A stretch of 64,000 bases of DNA from assembly GCF_006345805.1 (NCBI RefSeq), contig NC_043014.1, positions 6,820,001-6,884,000 of the forward strand, in the 5' to 3' direction. Below the pieces are notes generated by a model, which saw nothing but the letters and a program-made list of their open reading frames with translations, ran no database searches and had not been told where the DNA came from. This DNA comes from Octopus sinensis (lineage: Eukaryota). A program made the translations under genes and the position numbers. How positions within the stretch are numbered: position 1 is the first letter of the stretch; the number at the start of each line of letters is the position of its first letter. Shown here piece after piece: positions 1-11,295 of the stretch.

Positions 1-78
1 ACTAAAGATTTTTTTAATGCTAAGAATATTCCTGGAGCACCAACTCTGATAAGCTGTTTTTCGTGGATTTATAGCATA

Positions 79-472
79 CTAGCAGTATCGCCCAGCGTTG
101 CTCGAGTTTGTTTTGAGTCTTTAGAATTGGAATTTTTGAAAAGTAAAAATTTTGCATTATGTAGCTTGTTATTCTCTTTAAGTGAACATTTTTCTGGTTG
201 AAATACACCGAGAAATGGCGACACAGAAGTCAAAAAATCGTAAAAAATAGGGATTTTCATAGAAAAAAAAGCACCTTTTTGATGTAAATAATTTTTGGTG
301 TTAACATGGTCCGAATTGAATTTTTTTCTTCTAGGGAAGGAAAAGCAAGCCTTCTTCTATCATACTCTCAATTTTGGTCAACTTGCGCCACAGGGTCTCG
401 GAGGAGATAGTGTAAGTTGAAGGCTACCAAACCTGCCATACACAGACAACTTCAGCTTTATATAGAGAGAGA
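79..472 (-). mobile_element. Non-autonomous Helitron-like element, family H1 (~394 bp)
   Basis: On the minus strand it starts TC(TC)nTATATAAAGCTGAAG and ends with a GC-rich subterminal segment then GATACTGCTAG. It sits between A and T with no TSD. Seven further copies or fragments occur in the window. Confidence 0.8.
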
Positions 473-759
473 TTAAAAACTTTTGTAGTATGTAGCTTTA
501 AGTTTCATTCGATATAGTTTTGTAACATCTGTATGCATGGTTACAATATTTACAGCAATAATTACCATCATTATTCATATTGCATCAAAAATTTAGATTA
601 ATATTTAACAAGCTGTTGAAGGACATTACTACTAATAATAGCAGCTGTACCTCCTTTAAACCACATACTTTTGTTGTGTTTATAAAAACATCGAAAAGAC
701 GGGATTTTGTCATTGATTCCATTAGTTGCCATGCCCACACAGAAAACATTTAGTCAGAC

Positions 760-1051
760 ATGCTTTTGTTGTTTGATCCGTCTCGAGCCACGCCTGGCTC
801 AATAAGGGCCGATTTCCTGGTTTCATCGGGATGCCAGTCCGTCGCAGATGACCTGCAAGATGATGCAGGAGGAAAGAGTGAGAGAAAGTTGTGGGCGAAA
901 GGGTCGGCAGAAGTTCCCCAATACCTTCTATCAGAGCCACGTAGAGCTTAGGTGTTTCGCTCATAAACACACACAACACCCAGTCTGAGATTCGAACCCA
1001 AGATCCCTCGACTGTGAGTCCATTGCTCTAACCACTAAGCCATATACCTCC
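760..1051 (-). mobile_element. Diverged tRNA-headed SINE, family F (tail variant F3)
   Basis: Minus-strand head GGAGGTATATGGCTTAGTGGTTAG...GGTTCGAATC (A/B boxes). The body GAAAGAGTGAGAGAAAGTTG is shared with the 30201 and 51531 copies. Confidence 0.65.
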
Positions 1052-1107
1052 ACTTTAGTTAGGTATAGACTCTAGCAGTACCCTGCCCTATCCGGATGTA
1101 TTAATAA

Positions 1108-1502
1108 CTAGCAGTATCACCCGGCGTTGCCCGGATTTGTTTTGACCCTTTAGAATTGGAATTTTTGAAAAGTAAAAATTTTGTATTATGTAGCTTGTTA
1201 TTCTCTTTAAGTGAACATTTTTCTGGTTGAAATACACCGAAAAATGGCGACACATCAGTCAAAAAATTGTAAAAAAATAGGGATTTTCGTAGAAAAACAG
1301 TACCTTTTTGATGTAAATAATTTTTGATGTTAACACAGTCCGATTTGAATTTTTTCTTCTAGGGAAGGAAGAGCAAGCCTTCTTCTATCATACTCTCAAT
1401 TTTGGTCAACTTGCGCAACAGGGTCTCGGAGGAGATAGTGTAAGTTGAAGGCTACCAAACCTGCCACACACACATAGACAACTTCAGCTTTATATATATA
1501 GA
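1108..1502 (-). mobile_element. Helitron-like H1 copy (tandem pair, unit 1)
   Basis: CTAG at 1108, TC at 1501-1502; joined directly to the next copy. Confidence 0.8.
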
Positions 1503-1892
1503 CTAGCAGTATCACCCGGCGTTGCCCGGATTTGTTTTGACTCTTTAGAATTGGAATTTTTGAAAAGTAAAAAGTTTGTATTATGTAGCTTGTTATTCTC
1601 TTTAAGTGAACATTTTTCTGGTTGAAATACACTGAAAAATGGCAACACAGCAGTCAAAAAATTGTCGAAAATAGGGATTTTCATAGAAAAAAAGCACCTT
1701 TTTGATGTAAGTAATTTTTGGTGTTAACATGGTCCGATTTGAATTTTTTCTTCTACGGAATGAAGAGCAGGCCTTCTTCTATAATACTCTCAATTTTGGT
1801 CAACTTGCGCAACAGGGTCTCGGAGGAGATAGTGTTAGGTGAAGGCTACCAAACCTGACATACACAGACAACTTCAGCTTTATATATATAGA
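1503..1892 (-). mobile_element. Helitron-like H1 copy (tandem pair, unit 2)
   Basis: The junction reads CTAG|TC on the minus strand. Confidence 0.8.
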
Positions 1893-2087
1893 CTAAATTA
1901 CAAGTATTTGCATGAACTTCCCTATAGTTTTGGGTAGCTTACATTTTTTTTAAAAATATAGCTGATAATTTGCAGTTGGTCTGTCAATATTAATCAATAC
2001 AAAATTGTTAGAGCCAAATAATTGAAACGACTCAACATGTGTTTCATGAAAATGGGAAATTATATAAATAACTGAATCAATAATATT

Positions 2088-2303
2088 CCTTTCTACTATA
2101 TGCACAAGGCCTGAAATTTTGTGGGTGGGAGGACTAGTTGATTACATTGACTCCGGCGTTCCACTGGTACTTAATTTATCGACCCCCGAAATGATGAAAG
2201 GCAAAGTCACCCTCGGCAGAATTTGAACTCAGGACATAAAGATGGCTGAAATATCGCTAAGCATTCTGCCTGCCGTGCCAACAATCCCACCAGCTCGCTG
2301 CCT
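2088..2303 (-). mobile_element. tRNA-headed SINE, family B, tail variant B2
   Basis: Reverse complement of the B head/core (GAGTTCAAATT...CTTTGCCTTTCATC) with the tail AAATTTCAGGCCTTGTGC...GTAGAAAGG. Confidence 0.75.
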
Positions 2304-2321
2304 TAATAGAACTACTACTAC

Positions 2322-2381
<60 letters not shown>

Positions 2382-2383
<2 letters not shown>

Positions 2384-2937
2384 GCCCTGATGCAGTACCA
2401 GGCAGTGTCTCTCATGGCTTCTGATCTTAACTGATTGCAAGTGTTATCATGTACATTGTTTTGTCTTGGTATAAAAGATGGGCTACAGCAAATATTCTGC
2501 TCAATACCACAGATTTGCTTGTCAGTTGTTTGACCTTAACCAGTTGAGCATGTTCCTTGGTGGCTGACGATATGTGCATCTCTGATCACGAGCAGAAGTA
2601 GTGGGGGAGCATCATAGCCATGTGTTGAGAGGGATTCTTTGGGGTTTGAATAGTTCACCTCTGGAAACATGGGTGGTTCTTTCAACATCCTTAAACAACC
2701 CTTATTCAGGGACCGTTTGAGCGGGATGGGCTACTCAACCTGAAGAAAATTCTAACTGGGCCCCACCTGCAAGGTCATGTGCTGTTTATCTTGATATGAG
2801 ATCACCATGTCGCGCACATATGGTTGTGATGCATGTGCCTAGTGTACCTTTATCAGACGGGTAGTCATGATGGGTATATTGGGCTTCTTATATTTTACCC
2901 CAGTGTCACTTTGATGGCATGAACTGCTCTCTCACTC
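2382..2937 (+). mobile_element. Family D interspersed repeat (~560 bp), flanked by (AAT)n on both sides
   Basis: Five copies in the window with the same end CTCTCACTC(AAT)n; no coding similarity recognised. Confidence 0.8.
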
Positions 2938-2974
2938 AATAATAATAATAATAATAATAATAATATTAATAATA

Positions 2975-3193
2975 AGGCAAGCTAGCAGAAATGTTAGCAC
3001 GCTGGCCAAAATGCTTAGCGGTATTTCGTCTGCCGCTACGTTCTGAGTTCAAATTCCACTGAGATCGACTTTCCTTTCGGGGTCGATAAATTAAGTACCA
3101 GTTACGCACTGGGGTCGATCTAATCGACTTAATCCATTTGTCTGTCCTTGTTTGTCCCCTCTGTGTTTAGCCCCTTGTGGATAGCAAAGAAAT
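2975..3193 (+). mobile_element. SINE family B, tail variant B1
   Basis: Head with A-box-like segment and B box GAGTTCAAATTCC; tail TTAGCCCCTTGTGG...AAAGAAATA. Confidence 0.8.
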
Positions 3194-3394
3194 ATATACT
3201 AGAGCACATTCAATCAAGAAGGTGCCATGCAATGGAACTGAACCCAAAGCCACGGAGCTGCAAAGCAAATTTCTTAACCACACAACCACAATAAAAACAG
3301 GTTTTACATTATCAATACAACAATTTGTTGTAGCAGAACCATTTAATGATTAGCTATTTCTGCTACAATGCCACATGTTTGCTTTATGTATTAA

Positions 3395-3486
3395 CTAGCA
3401 GTACCGCCTGGTCTCGGAGGAGATAATGCTAGTTGAAGGCTACCAAACCTGCCATACACAGACAACTTCAGCTTTATATATATAGA
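3395..3486 (-). mobile_element. Internally deleted mini-H1 Helitron (~92 bp, both termini only)
   Basis: CTAGCAGTACCGCC is fused directly to GGTCTCGGAGGAGATA...CAGCTTTATATATATAGA. Confidence 0.65.
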
Positions 3487-3881
3487 CTACCAGTATTGCC
3501 CGGCGTTGCTCGGGTTTGTTTTGACCCTTTAGAATTGGAATTTTTGAAAAGTAAAAATTTTGCATTATGTAGCTTGTTTATTCTCTTTAAGTGAACATTT
3601 TTCTGGTTGAAATACACCGAGAAATGGCGACACAGCAGTCAAAATATCGTAAAAAATAGGGATTTTCATAGAAAAAAAAGCACCTTTTTGATGTAAATAA
3701 TTTTTGGTGTTAACATGGTCCGAATTGAATTTTTTTCTTCTAGGGAAGGAAAAGCAAGCCTTCTTCTATCATACTCTCAATTTTGGTCAACTTGCGCCAC
3801 AGGGTCTCGGAGGAGATAGTGTAAGTTGAAGGCTACCAAACCTGCCATACACAGACAACTTCAGCTTTATATAGAGAGAGA
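3487..3881 (-). mobile_element. Helitron-like H1 copy
   Basis: Homologous to 79..472; the terminal CTAG is mutated; abuts the mini-element head-to-tail. Confidence 0.8.
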
Positions 3882-4168
3882 TTAAAAACTTTTGTAGTAT
3901 GTAGCTTTAAGTTTCATTCGATATAGTTTTGTAACATCTGTATGCATGGTTACAATATTTACAGCAATAATTACCATCATTATTCATATTGCATCAACAA
4001 TTTAGATTAATATTTAACAAGCTGTTGAAGGACATTACTACTAATAATAGCAGCTGTACCTCCTTTAAACCACATACTTTTGTTGTGTTTATAAAAACAT
4101 CGAAAAGACGGGATTTTGTCATTGATTCCATTAGTTGCCATGCCCACACAGAAAACATTTAGTCAGAC

Positions 4169-4460
4169 ATGCTTTTGTTGTTTGATCCGTCTCGAGCCAC
4201 GCCTGGCTCAATAAGGGCCGATTTCCTGGTTTCATCGGGATGCCAGTCCGTCGCAGATGACCTGCAAGATGATGCAGGAGGAAAGAGTGAGAGAAAGTTG
4301 TGGGCGAAAGGGTCGGCAGAAGTTCCCCAATACCTTCTATCAGAGCCACGTAGAGCTTAGGTGTTTCACTCATAAACACACACAACACCCAGTCTGAGAT
4401 TCGAACCCAAGATCCCTCGACTGTGAGTCCATTGCTCTAACCACTAAGCCATATACCTCC
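4169..4460 (-). mobile_element. SINE family F (F3), duplicated copy
   Basis: Duplicate of 760..1051. Confidence 0.65.
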
Positions 4461-4516
4461 ACTTTAGTTAGGTATAGACTCTAGCAGTACCCTGCCCTAT
4501 CCGGATGTATTAATAA

Positions 4517-5302
4517 CTAGCAGTATCACCCGGCGTTGCCCGGATTTGTTTTGACCCTTTAGAATTGGAATTTTTGAAAAGTAAAAATTTTGTATTATGT
4601 AGCTTGTTATTCTCTTTAAGTGAACATTTTTCTGGTTGAAATACACCGAAAAATGGCGACACATCAGTCAAAAAATTGTAAAAAAATAGGGATTTTCGTA
4701 GAAAAACAGTACCTTTTTGATGTAAATAATTTTTGATGTTAACACAGTCCGATTTGAATTTTTTCTTCTAGGGAAGGAAGAGCAAGCCTTCTTCTATCAT
4801 ACTCTCAATTTTGGTCAACTTGCGCAACAGGGTCTCGGAGGAGATAGTGTAAGTTGAAGGCTACCAAACCTGCCACACACACATAGACAACTTCAGCTTT
4901 ATATATATAGACTAGCAGTATCACCCGGCGTTGCCCGGATTTGTTTTGACTCTTTAGAATTGGAATTTTTGAAAAGTAAAAAGTTTGTATTATGTAGCTT
5001 GTTATTCTCTTTAAGTGAACATTTTTCTGGTTGAAATACACTGAAAAATGGCAACACAGCAGTCAAAAAATTGTCGAAAATAGGGATTTTCATAGAAAAA
5101 AAAGCACCTTTTTGATGTAAGTAATTTTTGGTGTTAACATGGTCCGATTTGAATTTTTTCTTCTACGGAATGAAGAGCAGGCCTTCTTCTATAATACTCT
5201 CAATTTTGGTCAACTTGCGCAACAGGGTCTCGGAGGAGATAGTGTTAGGTGAAGGCTACCAAACCTGACATACACAGACAACTTCAGCTTTATATATATA
5301 GA
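4517..5302 (-). mobile_element. Tandem pair of H1 Helitron copies (4517..4911 and 4912..5302)
   Basis: Duplicate of 1108..1892 with the same CTAG|TC junction. Confidence 0.8.
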
Positions 5303-5496
5303 CTAAATTACAAGTATTTGCATGAACTTCCCTATAGTTTTGGGTAGCTTACATTTTTTTAAAAATATAGCTGATAATTTGCAGTTGGTCTGTCAATATT
5401 AATCAATACAAAATTGTTAGAGCCAAATAATTGAAACGACTCAACATGTGTTTCATGAAAATGGGAAATTATATAAATAACTGAATCAATAATATT

Positions 5497-5712
5497 CCTT
5501 TCTACTATATGCACAAGGCCTGAAATTTTGTGGGTGGGAGGACTAGTTGATTACATTGACTCCGGCGTTCCACTGGTACTTAATTTATCGACCCCCGAAA
5601 TGATGAAAGGCAAAGTCACCCTCGGCAGAATTTGAACTCAGGACATAAAGATGGCTGAAATATCGCTAAGCATTCTGCCTGCCGTGCCAACAATCCCACC
5701 AGCTCGCTGCCT
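5497..5712 (-). mobile_element. SINE family B (B2)
   Basis: Duplicate of 2088..2303. Confidence 0.75.
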
Positions 5713-5719
5713 TAATAGA

Positions 5720-5794
<75 letters not shown>

Positions 5795-5821
5795 TAATAA
5801 TAAAAATAATAATAATAATAA

Positions 5822-6377
5822 ATGCCCTGATGCAGTACCAGGCAGTGTCTCTCATGGCGTCTGATCTTAACTGATTAGAAGTGTTATCATGTACATTGTT
5901 TTGCCTTGGTATAAAAGATGGGCTACAGCAAATATTCTGCTCAATACCACAGATTTGCTTGTCAGTTGTTTGACCTTAACCAGTTGAGCATGTCCCTTAG
6001 TGGCTGACGATATGTGCATCTCTGATCACGAGCAGAAGTAGTGGGGGAGCATCATAGCCATGTGTTGAGAGGGATTCTTTGGGGTTTGAATAGTTCACCT
6101 CTGGAAACATGGGTGGTTCTTTCAACATCATTAAACAACCCTTATTCAGGGACCGTTTGAGCGGGATGGGCTACTCAACCTGAAGAAAATTCTAACTGGG
6201 CCCCACCTGCAAGGTCATGTGCTGTTTATCTTGATATGAGATCACCATGTCGCGCACATATGGTTGTGATGCATGTGCCTAGTGTACCTTTATCAGACGG
6301 GTAGTCATGATGGGTATATTGGGCTTCTTATATTTTACCCCAGTGTCACTTTGATGGCATGAACTGCTCTCTCACTC
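5822..6377 (+). mobile_element. Family D, full-length copy
   Basis: Near-identical to 2382..2937; (AAT)n on both sides. Confidence 0.8.
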
Positions 6378-6414
6378 AATAATAATAATAATAATAATAA
6401 TAATATTAATAATA

Positions 6415-6627
6415 AGGCAAGCTAGCAGAAATGTTAGCACGCTGGCCAAAATGCTTAGCGGTATTTCGTCTGCCGCTACGTTCTGAGTTCAAATTCCGCC
6501 GTGGTCGACTTTGCCTTTCATTCTTTCGGGGTCGATAAATTAAGTACCAGTTAAGTACTGGGGTTGATCTAATCGACTGGCCCCCACTCCCCAAAAATTT
6601 CAGGCCTTCTGCCTAGAATAGGAAAGA
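6415..6627 (+). mobile_element. SINE family B (B2 tail)
   Basis: B head/core followed by CCCCAAAAATTTCAGGCCTTCTGCCTAG. Confidence 0.75.
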
Positions 6628-6645
6628 ATAATAATAATAATAATA

Positions 6646-7116
6646 GGCATAAAAAGATGGGCCACAGCAAATATTCTGCTCAATACCACAGATTTGCTTG
6701 TCAGTTGTTTGACCTTAACCAGTTGAGCATGTTCCTCGGTGGCTGACGATATGTGCATCTCTGATCACGAGCAGAAGTAGTGGGGGAGCATCATAGCCAT
6801 GTGTTGAGAGGGATTCTTTGGGGTTTGAATAGTTCACCTCTGGAAACATGGGTGGTTCTTTCAACATCCTTAAACAACCCTTATTCAGGGACCGTTTGAG
6901 CGGGATGGGCTACTCAACCTGAAGAAAATTCTAACTGGGCCCCACCTGCAAGGTCATGTGCTGTTTATCTTGATATGAGATCACCATGTCGCGCACATAT
7001 GGTTGTGATGCATGTGCCTGGTGTACCTTTATCAGACGGGTAGTCATGATGGGTATATTGGGCTTCTTATATTTTACCCCAGTGTCACTTTGATGGCATG
7101 CACTGCTCTCTCACTC
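6646..7116 (+). mobile_element. Family D, 5'-truncated copy
   Basis: Begins ~100 bp into the consensus, directly after (AAT)6; intact 3' end plus (AAT)n. Confidence 0.8.
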
Positions 7117-7168
<52 letters not shown>

Positions 7169-7182
7169 TAATAATAATTAAT

Positions 7183-7472
7183 CCTATCAACTATAAGCAC
7201 AAGGCCTGAAATTCTGGGGAAGGGGGTAAGTCGATTACATCAACCCCAGTGTATCACTGGTACTTATTTCACTGACTGGCACTCATTTTATATACTCCGA
7301 ATGGATGAAAGGCAAAGTCAACTTTGGTGAAATTTGAACTCAGAATGTAAAAATGGACAAAATGCTGCGAAGCATTCTGCCAAGTGTGCTAACAATTCTG
7401 CCAGCTCACCTCCTTAATAATAATCCTTTCTACAATACGCACAAGGCCTGAAATTTTTTTTTTGGTGGGGGA
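7183..7472 (-). mobile_element. SINE family B (B2) plus an adjacent B2 tail fragment
   Basis: Reverse-complement B core at 7183..7414; extra tail fragment CCTTTCTAC...GGCCTGAAATT at 7424..7472. Confidence 0.7.
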
Positions 7473-7639
7473 GGTCAAAGATCTCACAGGGACTCTTTCC
7501 ACAATACTTAACATGCAAATACCAATCTTAAAATCCATGCGACCCCAAATAGGGCAGTTTTCTGAGTATGTTTTTGTCTATTATGTTGTTGCATGCCATT
7601 TAATGTTGTTTTATGTGAGCCCTTGTGGTTAATAAAAGA

Positions 7640-7673
<34 letters not shown>

Positions 7674-8263
7674 GAGTGAGAGAGCAGTGCATGCCATCAA
7701 AGTGACACTGGAGTACAAATATATGAAGCCCAGTATACCCATCATGACTACCCGTCTGATAAGGGTACACCAGGCACATGCATCACAACCATATGTGAGC
7801 GACATGGTAATCTCATATCAAGATAAGCAGCGCATGACCTTGCAGGTGGGGCCCAGTTAGAATTTTCTTCTGGTCGAGTAACCCATCCCACTCAAAAGGT
7901 CCCTGAATAAGGATTGTTTAAGGATGTTGAAAGAACCACTCATGTTTCCAGAGGTGAATTATTCAAACCCCAAAGAATCCCTCTCAACACATGGCTATGA
8001 TGCTCCCCCACTACTTATGCTCATGATCAGAGATGCACATATCGTCAGCCACTAAGGGACATGCTCAACTGGTTATGGTCAAACAACTGACAAGCAAATC
8101 TGTGGTATTGAGCAGAATATTTGCTGTAGCCCATCTTTTATACCAAGGCAAAACAATGTACATGATAACACTTCTAATCAGTTAAGATCAGACGCCATGA
8201 GAGCCACTGCCTGGTACTGCATCAGGGCATCGAAAGCCACTGCCTGGTACTGCATCAGGGCAT
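7674..8263 (-). mobile_element. Family D, full-length copy with a duplicated ~30 bp 5' terminus
   Basis: Reverse complement of D; AGCCACTGCCTGGTACTGCATCAGGGCAT occurs twice; (TTA)n on both sides. Confidence 0.8.
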
Positions 8264-8455
8264 GTTTTTATTATTATGTGGGGCACAGATGTAAACTCGA
8301 GTAAAGTGAATTAAATTGATTTTTATGTTTCCATATATTATTTTTGAAAACAGACATAATTGAGAAAGGCTTAAATCGAACTGACTGAATCTGAGGTATG
8401 CCTGTACCTTGTTCAACATACTAATGATTCTGTCAGGTAGCTGACTTCCACCATG

Positions 8456-8830
8456 TCATCATCATCATCATCATCATCGTTTAACATCCGTTCTCCGTGC
8501 TAGCATGGGTTGGACGGTTCGACCGGGGATCTGGGAAGCCAGAAGGCTGCACCAGGCTCCGGTCTTATCTGGCAATATTTCTACAGCTGGATGCTCTTCC
8601 TAACGCCAACCACTCCGTGAGTGTAGTGGGTGCTTTTTACGTGCCACCTGCACAGGTGCTAGGCGAGGCTGGCAACGGTCACGGTCGGATTGGTGTATTT
8701 TATGTGCCACCGGCACGGAAGCCAGTCGAGGCGGCGCTGGCATCGGCCACGAGTCGGATAGTGCTTTTTACGTACCACCAGACCAGGGATCCTGGCTGGT
8801 TGATTTCGATTTCGCTTGCCCCAACATGTC
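8456..8830 (-). mobile_element. Family C non-autonomous retroelement (RTE-type 3' end, (GAT)n tail)
   Basis: Minus strand ...GTTAGGAAGAGCATCCAGCTGTAGAAA...CATGCTAGCACGGAGAACGGATGTTAAACGATGATGAT; three internal ~60 bp subrepeats. Confidence 0.75.
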
Positions 8831-8856
8831 TTAATAATAATAATAATAATAATAAT

Positions 8857-8964
8857 CCTTTCTACTAAAGGCACAAGGCCTGAAAGTGTTTCACTGGTAC
8901 TTAATTTATCAAACCTGAATAAATAAAAGGCAAAGCTAACCTCGACAGAATTTGAACTCAGAAT
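8857..8964 (-). mobile_element. SINE family B (B2) fragment, internally deleted
   Basis: Tail and core motifs present; head absent. Confidence 0.6.
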
Positions 8965-9248
8965 TTAGCAAGTTATGATGATGATGATTATTATTATTAT
9001 CAGTAATGTGCTCTCAAATGCAAGTGGTTTGTAATATAAACAAAACGGCAGTTAAGTGCTTTGAACAATCCTTGCTGGACAAGAACAATGGTAAATGCAA
9101 AGCAGTTGGAGAATGATCATTAGAACTTTGGAACCAGATGGGCATGTCCCACATTACTGAAAATGGGTTCATCAATAGATAAGAATGATTTGGAATAGAG
9201 GCTTTATTAATGAAACCCAAATTCAGACAATCAGAAATAGTCTTTCTA

Positions 9249-10016
9249 AGGCGGCGAGCAGCTGGAAGAAACGTTAGCACGCAGGGCGAAATGCTTTGTG
9301 GTATTTCGTCTGCTGTTACATTCTGAGTTCAAATTCCGCCGAGGTCGACTTTGCCTTTCATCCTTTCGGGGTCGATGAATTAAGTACCAGTTACGCACTG
9401 GGGTTGATGTAATCAACTTAATCCGTTTGTCTGTCCTTGTTTGTCCCCTCTTTGTTTAGCTCCTTGTGGGTAGTAAAGAAATAGGTATTTCGTCTGCTGC
9501 TACGTTCTGAGTTCAAATTCCGCCGAGGTCAACTTTGCCTTTCATCCTTTCGGGGTCAATTAAATAAGTACCAGTTACGCACTGCGGTCGATGTAATCGA
9601 CTTGATCCGTTTGTCTGTCCTTGTTTGTCCTCTCTGTGTTTGGCCCCTTGTGGGTAGTAAAGAAATAGATATTTCGTCTGCCGTTACGTTCTGAGTTCAA
9701 ATTCCGCCGAGGTCGACTTTGCCTTTCATCCTTTTGGGGTCGACTAAATAAGTACCAGTTACGCACTGAGGTTGATATAATCGACTTAATCTGTTTGTCT
9801 GTCCTTGTTTGGCCCCTTGTGGGTAGTAAAGAAATAGGTATTTCGTCTGCCGTTCTGAGTTCAAATTCCGCCTAGGTCGACTTTACCTTTCATCCTTTTG
9901 GGGTCGACTAAATAAGTACCAGTTACGCACTAGGGTCCATGTAATGGACTTAATCCGTTTGTCTGTCCTTGTTTGTCCTCTCTGTGTTTAGCCCCTTGTG
10001 GGTAGTAAAGAAATAG
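9249..10016 (+). mobile_element. SINE family B tandem array: one full copy plus three head-less units
   Basis: Units 9249-9484, 9485-9668, 9669-9837, 9838-10016; junction AAAGAAATAG|RTATTTCGTCTGC. Confidence 0.85.
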
Positions 10017-10273
10017 AAAATTAGAAATAGCCTTTGTAGTGGTGATAACCTCGAGGAAGATAATGCAGGTGAAAATCAGTGAATGCAAAAGCAAGGTAAT
10101 GGTGTAGGAGAGGGGAGAAGCTTGTGGGGAGGAACGGGAAGGGGTCGATATAATTTGGAGTAACCTGTATTACCAGAGGATATGGCTGAGGAACAGAAGG
10201 ACCTAATGATAAAACTTAAGGAAATGGTTATTACAAGAGCAGAGACTGAGACAAGTGAATTTGAGATGCCTTG

Positions 10274-10625
10274 ATCATCATCATCATCATCGTTTAGCGT
10301 CTGTTTTCCATGCTAGCATGGGTTGGACAGTTTGACCGGGGTCTAGGAAGCCAGGAGGCTGCATCAGGCTCCAGTCTGATCTGGCAGTGTTTCTACAGCT
10401 GGATGCCCTTCCTAACACCAACCACTCCGTGAGTGTGGTTGGTGCTTTTTACGTGCCACCGGCACAGGTGCTAGGGGAGGCTGGCAGCAGTCACGATCGT
10501 TTGTTGCTTTTTACGTGCCACCGGCACGGAGGCCAGTAGAGGCGGCGCTGGCATCAGCCAAATTCGGATGGGGCTTTTTACGTGCCACCAGCACAGGTAT
10601 CACAACTACAATTTCCATTTGGTGA
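10274..10625 (-). mobile_element. Family C copy
   Basis: (ATC)n followed by the reverse complement of the C 3' end; three subrepeats. Confidence 0.75.
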
Positions 10626-10824
10626 AATACATGACCCAAAAGGTTGATGGGATCTTAAAGTACTTTCCAGCAAAATATCTATCAGAACAAAGGACTTTAT
10701 TAAGTCCACTTCAATTTTAGTAGGTGAACTGGTTGGAAAAAAAAAAAAGAGAGGAAAAGAGGCAGACAGCAGCCACAATGGAAAAAGAGATGTCACAACC
10801 TAGTATGATTAACATCGATGTCCG

Positions 10825-11149
10825 CTGGCACCTGTGCCGGTGGCACGTAAAAAGTACCCTCCGAATGTGGCCGATGCCAGCACCGCACTTGACTGGCTTC
10901 TGTACCGGTGGCACGTAAAAAGCACCAACCGATCGTGGCCACTGCCAGCCTCCCCTGGCACCTGTGCCGGTGGCATGTAAAAAGCACCCACTACACTCAC
11001 GAAGTGGTTGGCGTTAAGAAGGGCATCCAGCTGTAGAAACCCTAACAGATCAGACTGGAACCTGGTGGAGCCCCTCAGCTTACCAGCCCTGGTCAAACCA
11101 TCCAACCCATCCCAGCATGGACAGCGGATGTTAAATGATAATGATGATA
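10825..11149 (+). mobile_element. Family C copy (inverted relative to 10274..10625)
   Basis: GGCACCTGTGCCGGTGGCACGTAAAAAG subrepeats, then GGCGTTAAGAAGGGCATCCAGC and an ATG tail. Confidence 0.75.
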
Positions 11150-11295
11150 TAGGATGAATGTCTGTGTGTCGCTTTGTGTGGGCACTGGGTGATAATTGTA
11201 AACGAGTGTCACCACCATACAAGCAGTGTCATTTCGTTTCCAATTTTGTGTAAAAATATGTCAGGCCATGGGGAACTATTACTTTGGCAGGAAGT

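Larger units (their letters stand above)
121..6497 (+). repeat. Tandem segmental duplication, unit ~3.41-3.44 kb (121..3057 vs 3529..6497)
   Basis: Near-identical sequence at offset 3409; identical ORFs at 722/4131, 760/4169, 1396/4805 and 1490/4899. The offset shifts to 3440 after a (CTA)n/(AAT)n length difference. Confidence 0.95.
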
